64,000 bases of DNA from an uncultured delta proteobacterium (lineage in GTDB: Bacteria > Desulfobacterota > Binatia > UBA9968). Under the pieces are notes generated by a model, which had not been told where the DNA came from, made no database searches, and saw only the letters and a list, made by a program, of their open reading frames with translations. The first letter of the stretch is position 1; every line of letters begins with the position of its first letter. A program made the translations under genes and the position numbers. The DNA lies in assembly GCA_963771465.1 (NCBI GenBank), contig CAVYTU010000006.1, positions 134,588 through 198,587 on the forward strand, given 5' to 3'. Positions 31,030-40,413 of this stretch are shown here, piece after piece.

Positions 31030-31755
31030 ATGACGCTACGAAATTTCGGCTGGACAAAGTCGCTGGCGTGGTCGTTTGCGTTAATGTTGGTGGCGGGATG
31101 CGCGGCATCGTCGACGCCGAACTACAGCGATATCCTGGCGAATCCAAATCGTCCTGACGCGGAGCGGGCGTTGGATGCCGTGCGCAAGCCGCACGAAGTG
31201 ATGGCGTTCTATGAAGTGAAGAAAGGCGACCGAGTCGCCGATCTGCTGGCGGCGCGGGGATATTATACGGCGGTCCTTTCACAACTGGTCGGCACGGAAG
31301 GATTGGTCTATTCGGCGAACACGGCGCCGCGTCAAGAACTGCACGACCGAGTGAAACATCCGAGCATGGCGAATGTCCGCGTGATCGACGGCCCGTTCGA
31401 TAAAATCGCCTTGCCGCAGGATGGCTCCCTGGATTTTGTTTTCATCCATCTCGACTACCATGAAGTCGCCGTCGACGTGCGCGCGGCGATGAACCGCCGG
31501 GTCTTGGCTGCGCTGAAGCGCGGTGGCGTATACGGCATCGTCGACCATTCGGCGGCACCGGGCCGGGGCGATCAAGATGCAAAAACTTTTCACCGCATGG
31601 AGAAGGATCTGGTCGTCAAAGAAGGCCTGGCCGCCGGCTTCCGTCTGGAAAAAGAAGGCAACATGCTTAGCCGCGCCGACGATACGCGGGATTTCAGCGT
31701 GACCAAGCTACGCGATCGCAGCGATCGCTTCGTGCTGAAGTTTGTGAAGCCGTAA
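31030..31755 (+). CDS. Predicted class I methyltransferase-fold lipoprotein (tandem paralog)
   Basis: Lipobox VAGC, VADLLAARGYYT; DGPFDKIALPQD is shared with the upstream paralog. Confidence 0.8.
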   Translation: MTLRNFGWTKSLAWSFALMLVAGCAASSTPNYSDILANPNRPDAERALDAVRKPHEVMAFYEVKKGDRVADLLAARGYYTAVLSQLVGTEGLVYSANTAPRQELHDRVKHPSMANVRVIDGPFDKIALPQDGSLDFVFIHLDYHEVAVDVRAAMNRRVLAALKRGGVYGIVDHSAAPGRGDQDAKTFHRMEKDLVVKEGLAAGFRLEKEGNMLSRADDTRDFSVTKLRDRSDRFVLKFVKP

Positions 31756-31850
31756 CTGGCCTAATTTTCACAGTGAGCATGGGTCGCTAAAACTGACTGG
31801 AAGCCCCGTGCAGTCACATAGGCCTACTGACCATTCCCAGAAGCGAGCTC

Positions 31851-32630
31851 ATGAAACGAATTTGGTTCGGCGCCCTGGCTGCGCTGCTATTAGCATTGCT
31901 TGTTCATCCGGTTTTTGCTGCATCTTCCGAAGTCGGCGTGGTTCTCATGCACGGCAAGTGGGGGTCGCCACAGAGCATGTCGTCCCTCGCGCGCGACTTG
32001 GAGTCAAAGGGCTTTCTCGTGAGCAATGCGGAAATGGCGTGGTCCGGCAGACGGCTATACGACGTCGACTATCCGACTGCGCTGAAGGAAGTCGCGCAGC
32101 AGGTCCAGCAGCTGCGTGCGAAAGGTGCCAAGCGCGTAGTCGTAGCCGGGCAAAGCATAGGTTCCAACGCGGCGGTGGCCTACGCTTCATCCGGCTTCGA
32201 TCTCGACGGTCTGGTCATCTTGTCCCCGGGACATTTCCCCGAGGGCGGCATGGGGAAGCGGCTGCGCTCTAGCGTCGAGCGGGCAAGAAGCATGGTCGCG
32301 GCGAACCGAGGCGCTGACTCCGAATCCTTCGATGACATCAATCAAGGCAAGCAGAGGTCGCTCAAGATGCCCGCCGTAAACTACGTTTCCTATTTCGACC
32401 CGGACGGTCTCGGCGCGATTACGAAGAATATCAAAAAACTCTCGAAGCCCGTTCCCGTGCTCCTGGTCATTGGCACAGGGGATCCTTTTTATCCCGAGTC
32501 GAAAGCGATGTTCAATTCGGCCCCGGCCAACCCTGCCAGCCGGTACGTCGCGCTGGATACCGATCATTTCAACATGCCGAACGTGGTCGCGGCCGAGTTA
32601 CTTAAGTGGCTCGATGCGTTTGCGCAATGA
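31851..32630 (+). CDS. Exported alpha/beta-hydrolase
   Basis: Signal peptide, VVLMHGK, GQSIG nucleophile motif, G..DP, C-terminal His. Confidence 0.8.
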   Translation: MKRIWFGALAALLLALLVHPVFAASSEVGVVLMHGKWGSPQSMSSLARDLESKGFLVSNAEMAWSGRRLYDVDYPTALKEVAQQVQQLRAKGAKRVVVAGQSIGSNAAVAYASSGFDLDGLVILSPGHFPEGGMGKRLRSSVERARSMVAANRGADSESFDDINQGKQRSLKMPAVNYVSYFDPDGLGAITKNIKKLSKPVPVLLVIGTGDPFYPESKAMFNSAPANPASRYVALDTDHFNMPNVVAAELLKWLDAFAQ

Positions 32631-32702
32631 AGCGGGAATCAGAAACAGCGACTCGAAGCCGCGCCGACGAAGCGAGAAACTATCTCGCTAATTTCTCACC
32701 AA

Positions 32703-33779
32703 CTAGCGTAGCGCCGGCACGACTTGCTCGGCCAACAAATTGATCGCCTCGTCATAATCCGGTCCGAGTTTCGCGAAGGCGACGTGGTCGTAGCCGAGTT
32801 GGCCGGCTGCGCCGACCAGCTCGATGATTTGATCTCTGACTTCTTCCGGCGTGCCGGCGGCATAGTAGGTTTTCACCATATGTTCGGTGACCAAGGCCGA
32901 TGCCTGTTCGACCGTCGCGCCGGATTCGAACGCGGCTTTCAACTTTAATACTTGTTCGCGCGCGACACCCATCCGGCCATACTCCTCCGGCGTGAATCCG
33001 AGCGCTTCCCATTGCAGGATCGAGTGAGCGACTTGGCGCTTGGGGAATTCGATCGCTCGCTCGCGATGACTGGAAACCGAAACGTTTAGTTCGCAGACTT
33101 TGCGCAGACGCTTGTTCGGATTCGCTTCCTTCGCGGCGTTGTCCGCCGTCGCAATCATGCCAGGCAAGCGGCCGGCCTTGAGCATCGGGATGTAAGTTCC
33201 CGAGCTGAGCAGTCCGTCCATGACTTGGCCGCACATGCGCAGCGCCTGCGGGCCGTTGCCGCCGCCGTAGAATTTGAAACTTGCTTGCGGCTTGAAGGCG
33301 AGTTGAAATTGGCCGGCGCGATTGAGGTGATAGAAATCGCTTAGCGTTGGAAACTCGGCATAGGGAATTGCGTCCTCGGCGAGAGCGCGGCGCAGAAACT
33401 CCGCGGTCTCGCGCACGAAGGCCACGGGCTTTATCGCTTGAACATGCTGCGGCGCTTGGCCTAAATCACCGCGGGCGATGCCGATGCTGATCTCTTGGTT
33501 TGGCCGCAATTCCGATAACGCGCCGAGGGAGTCGGCGACGTCCAGAGGATTGTGAAAATAAGGCACCATCACCGCCGTGCCGAGACGAATCGGCACCCGT
33601 GCGGCGACCGCGGCCATGACGACAAATTGATTGCGGTAACGGATATTGTCGTTAAACCAGAGCTGGCAGAAGCCTTTGTCCTTGGCGATCTCGGCGAGGC
33701 GGATCAACTCCGGGACGGTGTAATGATTGGCCAGATGGGTGACGAATTGGAGGCCAAGCTCGCCGGTGAAAATGCTCAC
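32703..33779 (-). CDS. LLM-class flavin-dependent oxidoreductase
   Basis: LIRLAEIA..GF..LW, IRLGTAV..P, IGIARG, GP.AL..G...DG, AGTPEEV. GTG start inferred at 33779. Confidence 0.75.
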   Translation of the reverse strand: MSIFTGELGLQFVTHLANHYTVPELIRLAEIAKDKGFCQLWFNDNIRYRNQFVVMAAVAARVPIRLGTAVMVPYFHNPLDVADSLGALSELRPNQEISIGIARGDLGQAPQHVQAIKPVAFVRETAEFLRRALAEDAIPYAEFPTLSDFYHLNRAGQFQLAFKPQASFKFYGGGNGPQALRMCGQVMDGLLSSGTYIPMLKAGRLPGMIATADNAAKEANPNKRLRKVCELNVSVSSHRERAIEFPKRQVAHSILQWEALGFTPEEYGRMGVAREQVLKLKAAFESGATVEQASALVTEHMVKTYYAAGTPEEVRDQIIELVGAAGQLGYDHVAFAKLGPDYDEAINLLAEQVVPALR

Positions 33780-33790
33780 GGGTCGTCGCT

Positions 33791-34732
33791 CTAGATCTCG
33801 GTCACTTTGCGCAATTTCATTTTCTTGCGTTTCGCCTGATCGACGACATATTTCCCGACGGCCAAATCTTCGTCGGCGATGCCGTTGGATTGAAAAAGTA
33901 TTCGCTTTGGCCGTGGCTGCGGCGGGCCGTCGGCGACGACTCTTTCCAGAGCGGCGATATCTTCCCAGCGAGCGATGCCGCTTTGACAAGCCTCGACCAG
34001 GTCGCCGCTGTCAGCTTTCGCCGCGGCGATATCGTCGGTGACGATGTAGTCCATGCGGCGGATCAGACTATTCGACACTTCATGCTTCACCGTCGCGTTG
34101 GCGCCGATGGAGGCAACCAGCACTTCGTCTTTGAGGCTGCCGCCGCTGGCGACCGGCGAGTTGGAGTCGGTGGAGACGACGACAATGTCGGCAAGGCTTT
34201 CGACGTCGTCCACCGTGGCGACCTGGTTCCAGTCCACTTTGACGACCTTGCTCATTTGCTTGATGAAATCTTTGGCGCGCTTGGGCGTGCGGCCCCAAAC
34301 TACCACTTGTTCGATGTCGCAGGTTTCCATGATGGCCTCGACTTGAAATGTCGCTTGCCAGCCGGGACCGATGATGCCGAGCACTTTGCTGTTGGCCGGC
34401 GCGAGATACTTGGCGGCAACGCCGCTCGCCGCGCCGGTGCGCAGGCTGCTCAAGAACTTCATATTGACGATGGCCTGAATGGCGCCGCTCTTACCGTTAT
34501 AAAGGGTGACGGTGTTGGCGGCACCCGCGTAGGAGCGTAAGCAGATCAAATCCAAGTCTTGATGCCAAGCGGCCATCATGTTGAGTTGCTTGTCGCTGCC
34601 TTTGAGGCGGCGGCGCGGGACGCTGCGCATCTTGCCGGCGGCGCGGTCGCGAAACATTTTGTCGAGTAGGGTGACGGCTTGGGCCATGTTAATCAACTTG
34701 CGGCTCTGCGGTTCGCTAACGATCAATGCCAT
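33791..34732 (-). CDS. Ornithine cyclodeaminase/mu-crystallin family protein
   Basis: LRTGAASGVAAKYLA, LGIIGPGWQA, SIGAN, LFQSNGIA.ED. Start behind GGAGGA. Confidence 0.88.
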   Translation of the reverse strand: MALIVSEPQSRKLINMAQAVTLLDKMFRDRAAGKMRSVPRRRLKGSDKQLNMMAAWHQDLDLICLRSYAGAANTVTLYNGKSGAIQAIVNMKFLSSLRTGAASGVAAKYLAPANSKVLGIIGPGWQATFQVEAIMETCDIEQVVVWGRTPKRAKDFIKQMSKVVKVDWNQVATVDDVESLADIVVVSTDSNSPVASGGSLKDEVLVASIGANATVKHEVSNSLIRRMDYIVTDDIAAAKADSGDLVEACQSGIARWEDIAALERVVADGPPQPRPKRILFQSNGIADEDLAVGKYVVDQAKRKKMKLRKVTEI

Positions 34733-34919
34733 GATTGAAAAATCCTCCATGGGTTCTATAGCTTAAGGGTAGAGTGCGGGCAAGGTGTTAGAAATTGGAT
34801 TGTCCTTCGTCTAACTAAGCGTTAACTTGACCCACGGCCTCGGCAGTGAGGATTATCAAGATGGGAAATCGCCAAGCAGCCCGCAGCGATATTTTTCGGC
34901 TTCGCATGAGGAGCAACTC

Positions 34920-35717
34920 ATGGTGCAAGTGACGCCTCAAGCCAGACTATGTCCGCACTGTGCCAATAGCATTCCCGCGGACGCGAGCAAGTGTTCGTAC
35001 TGCAAGAGGGAATTGCAACCGATGCCGGCTCATGAGTGGCCGCAGCGCGATTCGCAGCGGGCCGCAACGATGGCCGCTCCGGCGCGCGAGCGACGCTCGT
35101 TGGCGTGGATCGGTTTACTCGCCTTCGGATTGCTGATCTTCGGCGTGGGCGCATTTTATCTTTTCGGTCAACGCGAGGGCGGCGATAGCGGCCCGGCCTT
35201 GGCTGAAAAGATTAAGGAGCTTCAGGAGAAGGATCAGAAGATTCAAACCCTGGAATCCGAATTGGCCAAGCTGCGCGAGGGCAATCAGGGCAGCTCCAGC
35301 CAGTTCGACGAGATCAAGGCTAAGCTCGATGAGCGAGAAAGGGATCTGGTCGCGGCGCAGCGCAAACTGGCCGATGCCAATCACGAGATCGAGCGCCTGA
35401 ACTCAAATCGAATTGCCGCGGCGCCGCCACGGTCGGCGTCGCGTGAAGTACTGCCGCCGCCAGTGCCGCCCCCATCTCCATCGTCTTCCGCACCCACACG
35501 AAGAGGCGCGGAGCCGGGTGTCTACGCAACTCTTCGCGTGACGCCGGTTTACGACGAGCCGCTCGGCTCCGCCCGCGTGGTGAACCAGATTGCCAAAGGA
35601 ACCGACGTGACCGTCGTGCGCTCGGTCGGCGACTGGCTCGAGGTGCGTTCGAAGCACGGCAACCCGCCTGGCTTTATTCGCGCCGATGATGCTATGTTAG
35701 TTCGTAGAGCCAACTGA
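34920..35717 (+). CDS. Zinc-ribbon / TM / coiled-coil / Pro-rich / SH3b membrane protein
   Basis: CPHC..CSYC, one TM helix, heptad-rich coiled coil, poly-Pro linker, C-terminal GDWLEV..GFI. Confidence 0.7.
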   Translation: MVQVTPQARLCPHCANSIPADASKCSYCKRELQPMPAHEWPQRDSQRAATMAAPARERRSLAWIGLLAFGLLIFGVGAFYLFGQREGGDSGPALAEKIKELQEKDQKIQTLESELAKLREGNQGSSSQFDEIKAKLDERERDLVAAQRKLADANHEIERLNSNRIAAAPPRSASREVLPPPVPPPSPSSSAPTRRGAEPGVYATLRVTPVYDEPLGSARVVNQIAKGTDVTVVRSVGDWLEVRSKHGNPPGFIRADDAMLVRRAN

Positions 35718-35805
35718 GCGACGGCGGCCGGTCTTTGAGTAATTCTTTTACACGCTAGATCCCCGCATATTTCCAATTGCATTTTCCCTCAGATCAACCT
35801 TCGCG

Positions 35806-37137
35806 TTGCTGGCTCGAATCATCAGTCGGCATCGACGAAAGGCCAAGTTTCTATTGGAAGAGCGTGCGAGTATTGAAGGGGAGAGCGCCGCCGGCGCGTC
35901 CGCGAACGGTTTTTTCGCCAAGACTTTCTCTTCGCTAAGACATCGAAACTACCGCTACCTCTGGGTCGGCACGGTATGCATGAGTGCCGGGCAGTGGGTG
36001 CAGAACGTGACTTTGGGCTGGCTGATCTACGATATCACCGGCTCGTCTGTGCTTTTGGGTTTGCTCAATGGCCTGCGCGCGTTGCCGTTTCTGATCACGA
36101 GCCCCATCGCCGGTGTGATTGCCGACCGCTCGGATCGGCGCAACATCCTGATCGTTTGCCAATATATTCTCATGACCGCGACTTTCATCATGGGCATGCT
36201 GGTCGCCGCGGGATACGAGCGCGTCTGGCAGATTTTTGTCTTTACACTTATCACTGCAGTGGCTTGGTCATTCGTCGATCCGGTGCGTCAAAGCATGGTG
36301 CCTACCTTGGTGCCAAAAGCAGAATTGATGAATGCCGTGGCGCTCAACTCCGCGGCATTCAATATGACCAAGATCGTCGGACCGTCGATCGGCGGCTTGC
36401 TGATCGCGCTGTTCGGCGCGAGCGGTAATTTTTTCGTTCAAGGCGTGGCCTACGGCGGCGTATTGCTGTCGCTTTATTGGATGACGGCGCCGCCGCGATC
36501 TATCGAAGCTAACCGGACATCGGCGGTTGCCAATCTTAAAGAAGGGTTGAACTACGTTTGGTCGACTCCGGCTGTGTTGGCATTGATGACCAGCGCGTTG
36601 ATTCCGAGAATCATCGCTGTGCCTTATCAGACCTTGATGCCGGTATTTCAAAAGGACGTGCTGAAAGTCGGCCCGGAGGGTTTGGGATTTTTACTGGCGG
36701 CGCCCGGCTTGGGCGCTTGCCTCGCCGGTTTCGCATTGGCGACCCTATCGAGCCGGCTCAAACGGCAGGGTATCGTTTTGATCGTGAGCTTGATCGCGCT
36801 CGGCGTCTGCTTGAATCTGTTCGCTTGGACCACGTCTTTTCCGGTGGCGCTGGTCGTGTTGGTAGCAACCGGAGTGTTTCAATTAATGTACATGGCGACG
36901 ACCAACACGATGCTTCAGGTGATCGTTCCCGATCATTTGCGCGGCCGGGTGATGAGTATCTATATGCTCGACCGAGGTCTGATGCCGATCGGCCAGATGA
37001 CAGCTGGCGTAAGCGCGCATTGGATCGGCGCGCCGGCGACTGTGAGCTACATGGGGCTGGCCGTCATTGTCCTCGCGATAGTTCTGGCCTGGCGCGCCCC
37101 CGTGATACGCCGATTAGCGATCAACATGGAAGGTTGA
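35806..37137 (+). CDS. MFS transporter (MFS_3/EntS-like)
   Basis: SLRHRNYRYLW, GVIADRSDRR, AVALNS, LRGRVMS; about 12 TM helices. Start uncertain. Confidence 0.88.
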   Translation: MLARIISRHRRKAKFLLEERASIEGESAAGASANGFFAKTFSSLRHRNYRYLWVGTVCMSAGQWVQNVTLGWLIYDITGSSVLLGLLNGLRALPFLITSPIAGVIADRSDRRNILIVCQYILMTATFIMGMLVAAGYERVWQIFVFTLITAVAWSFVDPVRQSMVPTLVPKAELMNAVALNSAAFNMTKIVGPSIGGLLIALFGASGNFFVQGVAYGGVLLSLYWMTAPPRSIEANRTSAVANLKEGLNYVWSTPAVLALMTSALIPRIIAVPYQTLMPVFQKDVLKVGPEGLGFLLAAPGLGACLAGFALATLSSRLKRQGIVLIVSLIALGVCLNLFAWTTSFPVALVVLVATGVFQLMYMATTNTMLQVIVPDHLRGRVMSIYMLDRGLMPIGQMTAGVSAHWIGAPATVSYMGLAVIVLAIVLAWRAPVIRRLAINMEG

Positions 37138-37184
37138 CTTACCCCAGCCGACCTTCCTATGATGCGCTGTCAATCGGAGGCGTT

Positions 37185-38306
37185 ATGAAGTTAGTAGCGC
37201 TGCTGGCAGTCGTTGCGTGCTTTTTTTCTGATCCGGTCGTCGCACAAATGCAAGGATTTCGCGGCGCTCCCGGCGGCAATCACGGCAGTGGATCGATTCA
37301 ATCGTCATCCCCCGCGACTCAGCCCCGCCAAGGATTCGCCAACGGCCAGGTCGGGAATTCCATAACCCAGAGAACCTGGTCAACGCCACAGGGAACCCAG
37401 GTTCAGCCAGCAGCACCGATCAGCGCGCCACGGACCAGCGCAAATCCAAACCACCTCGGCGGAGCGATCGTCGCGCCCACTCCGGTGCATCCGCAGAGAA
37501 CCTGGTCAACGCCGCAGGGAAACCATGTTCAGCCGGCACCACTGGTCATCGCGCCCAGGATAATTTCTAATCCGCACCACCGCGGCGGTGCGTTCGTTGG
37601 GCCGCAGCGGGTGCACCGCCGGCCCACGTTAGCGATCGTCGGCGTCGTGCCGCACCATCACCACCGGCCGTGGTTTTTTAATCGGTTTCCCATAGCTACT
37701 ATCGTCGAATGGCCTTACGCCTACTCGCCTACCGTGATTACCCAAATTGCCCCTGGCGTCATCAGCGCGTCACCGCGTTACGCCGAAGAACCGCCGAGCG
37801 AAGCAAGAACGAGAAGCCCAGAACAATTGGCGCCCTTCGATCCGACGCCGCAGGAAGTGGTCGCGCGCATGCTGCAGTTGGCCAATTTGAAATCGAGCGA
37901 CGTGCTCTACGATCTCGGCGCCGGCGACGGCCGGGTCGTGATTGCTGCGGCAAAGAAGTACGGTATCCGAGCTGTCGGCTACGAGATCGATCCGGGGTTG
38001 GCGAAGTTAGCGCGTGAAAACGCGCGCCAAGCGGGCGTGGAGCGATTGGTCGAAATCCGCGAGCAAGACTTTCTCACGGCGGACTTATCGAGCGCATCGG
38101 TGGTGACGCTTTACTTGTCTTACGACGGCAATCTCGCGCTGCGGCCGCAACTCATGAGGCAGCTCAAGCCGGGCGCGCGCATCGTCTCCTATACTTTTGA
38201 CATGGGCGAGTGGCAGCCGAAGATAAGCGAAACCTATCGCGACGCCGGCGGGGATGCACACGCAATTTACTTCTGGCAAATCGGTGACACGATTGCTTTC
38301 CGTTAG
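37185..38306 (+). CDS. SAM-dependent methyltransferase with signal peptide and repeat-containing disordered N-region
   Basis: Start MKLVALL behind GGAGG; C-terminal APFDPTP..ML, LYDLGAGDGR, GYEIDP, VVTLYL, LKPGARIVS. Confidence 0.8.
   Translation: MKLVALLAVVACFFSDPVVAQMQGFRGAPGGNHGSGSIQSSSPATQPRQGFANGQVGNSITQRTWSTPQGTQVQPAAPISAPRTSANPNHLGGAIVAPTPVHPQRTWSTPQGNHVQPAPLVIAPRIISNPHHRGGAFVGPQRVHRRPTLAIVGVVPHHHHRPWFFNRFPIATIVEWPYAYSPTVITQIAPGVISASPRYAEEPPSEARTRSPEQLAPFDPTPQEVVARMLQLANLKSSDVLYDLGAGDGRVVIAAAKKYGIRAVGYEIDPGLAKLARENARQAGVERLVEIREQDFLTADLSSASVVTLYLSYDGNLALRPQLMRQLKPGARIVSYTFDMGEWQPKISETYRDAGGDAHAIYFWQIGDTIAFR
37368..37619 (+). repeat. Two tandem 126-bp (42-aa) intragenic repeats
   Basis: QRTWSTPQG..VQPA..APR..NP.H.GGA.V.P..VH starting at 37368 and 37494. 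Confidence 0.8.
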
Positions 38307-38470
38307 CGAGTTCGAGATTTTGGTATTCGCAGCCAGTTGCGATTTATTTCGCTAGGTTTCTATTCTCGACACTGGGTGGTCAAGAACCCATTCCCGTCTC
38401 ATTCCCATGTTCAAAAAGAAACATGGCAAACAAACGATATTTCATCTGCTTTGAAACGGATTGAATCGGC

Positions 38471-39415
38471 CTACGCGTACAACTGATCGATAAATCCCGT
38501 GTCGTCGATCTTGCGTAAATAATGTAGGTCCCACGGCTCCATCGGGCCGATGTGATGCATCTTGGGATCTTTGCCGACGTCGAGATCGTAAACGTTCTGG
38601 ATTGCCGCCGGCAATGGGTAAGGCTTTTTTGATAGCAGCTTGGCCCATTCGCGCTGGAGGTGAATGTAATATTCGTCCTCTTGCAGGCCGTAGCGCGCTG
38701 CTAAATTGTTCTTCAGGATCGCCACGACTTCCGCCGGTTTGGTTTTGAAGTAGTGCAGCGCTTCGATGAAGCCTTTGATAAAAGCATAAACCGTTTCTTC
38801 ATTCTCTCTAATGTAATCGCTGGTCGCGAGCAGCGTCGTGTTGTGGATCACCGGTCGGTCCGGCAGTTCGACGACGTGTAATCCCTTTTTAATACCGTAG
38901 AGATCGAAGGGCATGTCGACCAGCGCGGCCACGGCCTTGCCGGAGGTGATCTCGTCGACGAAGTCCAAAAACTTTCCGGATGTGTCGTCGATCACGTCCA
39001 TATTGATTTCTTCCGGTTTGAGCCCGCAGTCTTGCAACACCGCGCGCAGATTGCCGGATACGCATGGCGCTTTCGAATGACAGACGATCTTGCGGCCTTT
39101 GAGATCGTTGACGGTTTTGATCTCGGGCAACGCCACCAACCGATCGTCCCAGTTGTTCTGCGCTTGGGCCAGATAGGTGAGCCGTTTTTCACCCTTGGCG
39201 CGCTCGCGATAGGTTTCGTGGTGCAGGCCGCTCAAAAAGTCGATCTCGCCGGCCAGCGCGAGTTTGGCGCGGTGCGCCATGGTTGGCGCCTTGGCGCCGC
39301 CGACGATATGCAGATCGATTTCAAAGCCGTATTTTTCCATGACCTTGGATTCTTTGAAAACGTACAGGAAGGGTAGATGAGACGAGTCGCTGGCGAGTAG
39401 GTCTAGAGTGCGCAT
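38471..39415 (-). CDS. NMT1/SsuA-type periplasmic-binding-fold protein without signal peptide
   Basis: IKTVNDLKGRKI, FIKGFIEALHYFKT, DDTGFIDQLY. Starts MRTLDL behind AGGAG with no hydrophobic leader. Confidence 0.7.
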   Translation of the reverse strand: MRTLDLLASDSSHLPFLYVFKESKVMEKYGFEIDLHIVGGAKAPTMAHRAKLALAGEIDFLSGLHHETYRERAKGEKRLTYLAQAQNNWDDRLVALPEIKTVNDLKGRKIVCHSKAPCVSGNLRAVLQDCGLKPEEINMDVIDDTSGKFLDFVDEITSGKAVAALVDMPFDLYGIKKGLHVVELPDRPVIHNTTLLATSDYIRENEETVYAFIKGFIEALHYFKTKPAEVVAILKNNLAARYGLQEDEYYIHLQREWAKLLSKKPYPLPAAIQNVYDLDVGKDPKMHHIGPMEPWDLHYLRKIDDTGFIDQLYA

Positions 39416-39456
39416 GGTACTCTCCTAATTTTTATTCAGTGAGCGATAAAGCTTTT

Positions 39457-39505
39457 GTTCAAAACGTTCAAGTCGTTCAAGCGTTCCGCTCCGTTCCAAA
39501 TCGTT
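39457..39505. repeat. Single-arm 8-10-nt tandem repeat (CGTTCAA-based)
   Basis: gttcaaaac gttcaagtc gttcaagc gttccgctcc gttccaaatc gtt. Confidence 0.6.
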
Positions 39506-40250
39506 AGAAATCCCTTTTACCCGTGTTCCACTCCTGGGCTTTGATTACTTTCCCTGTAATTGTCGGTTGATCTTGCCCGGCCAAATGCAGCACCAGCGGC
39601 ACCACGACTTCAGGGGCTTGGCCGCCGCGGCCGTCGACATTCACTCTGCCGCCGGGATGGATCGCGTTGGCGCTGATGCCGTGTGGCTGCATTTCCTTGG
39701 CAACGGTTTTCATCAAGCCCTCGACGGCGTGTTTTGAAGCGACGTAGGCGCATTTGCCGGCGACGCCTTGGTGGCCGGCGTTGGATGAGATACCGATGAT
39801 CACGCCGTGCTTCTGCTTGATCATGTGCGGTAAGGCGAAATGCGTGCAGAGATAAGCGGCGCGCAGATTCACTGCCATGAGCAGATCCCAATCGCTCACT
39901 GGCACTTCGTGGGTCGGCCTTTGACGCAAGCAGCGCCAGTCCTCGTAGACGCCGTCGTCGTGCACTTCCATGCGCAAGCCGGCGTTGTTGATCAGTATGT
40001 TAAGGCGGCCGAATTTCGCCGCGCAGAAATCGACTAATTGCCGCGCGGAAAACTCCTGGCTCAAGTCGCCGGCAAAAGTTTCCGCCGTTCCAGCTTGCGA
40101 GGTAATTTCTTGCTGCACTTTGCGGGCGTGCTCTTCGCGCACGTCGGCGAGCATGACTCGTGCGCCTGCGCTGGCGAGCCCGAGCGCCATGGCGCGGCCA
40201 AGACCTCTGCCGGCGCCGGTGACGATGGCGACTTGCTCGGCGATGTTCAT
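39504..40250 (-). CDS. SDR family oxidoreductase
   Basis: TGAGRGLG, NNAG, YVASK. Confidence 0.92.
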   Translation of the reverse strand: MNIAEQVAIVTGAGRGLGRAMALGLASAGARVMLADVREEHARKVQQEITSQAGTAETFAGDLSQEFSARQLVDFCAAKFGRLNILINNAGLRMEVHDDGVYEDWRCLRQRPTHEVPVSDWDLLMAVNLRAAYLCTHFALPHMIKQKHGVIIGISSNAGHQGVAGKCAYVASKHAVEGLMKTVAKEMQPHGISANAIHPGGRVNVDGRGGQAPEVVVPLVLHLAGQDQPTITGKVIKAQEWNTGKRDF

Positions 40251-40272
40251 GGTTGCCTCGACTTGTTCATGG

Positions 40273-40385
40273 GAAAAATCTCCCCTGGCCCCTCTTTTTC
40301 AAAGAGGGGAATTCGACCACTGTAACTCGACCCTTCTCCGGTATGCACATCCCCCTTTTAAAAAGGGGGACCGAGGGGGATTTTC
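40273..40385. repeat. REPIN-like inverted doublet of CCCCTCTTT/AAAGAGGGG hairpins
   Basis: gaaaaatctcccctggcccctctttttcaaagagggga ... tcccccttttaaaaagggggaccgagggggattttc. Confidence 0.75.
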
Positions 40386-40413
40386 TTTATGCGATAAGAA
40401 TTCTGCGCCATTG

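Noticed and set aside
38405-38470. Second arm pairing with the 39457 repeat to bracket the 38471 gene
   Set aside because: Only two short degenerate TTGAA matches; the CCATGTT/AACATGG hairpin is equally explained as a terminator.
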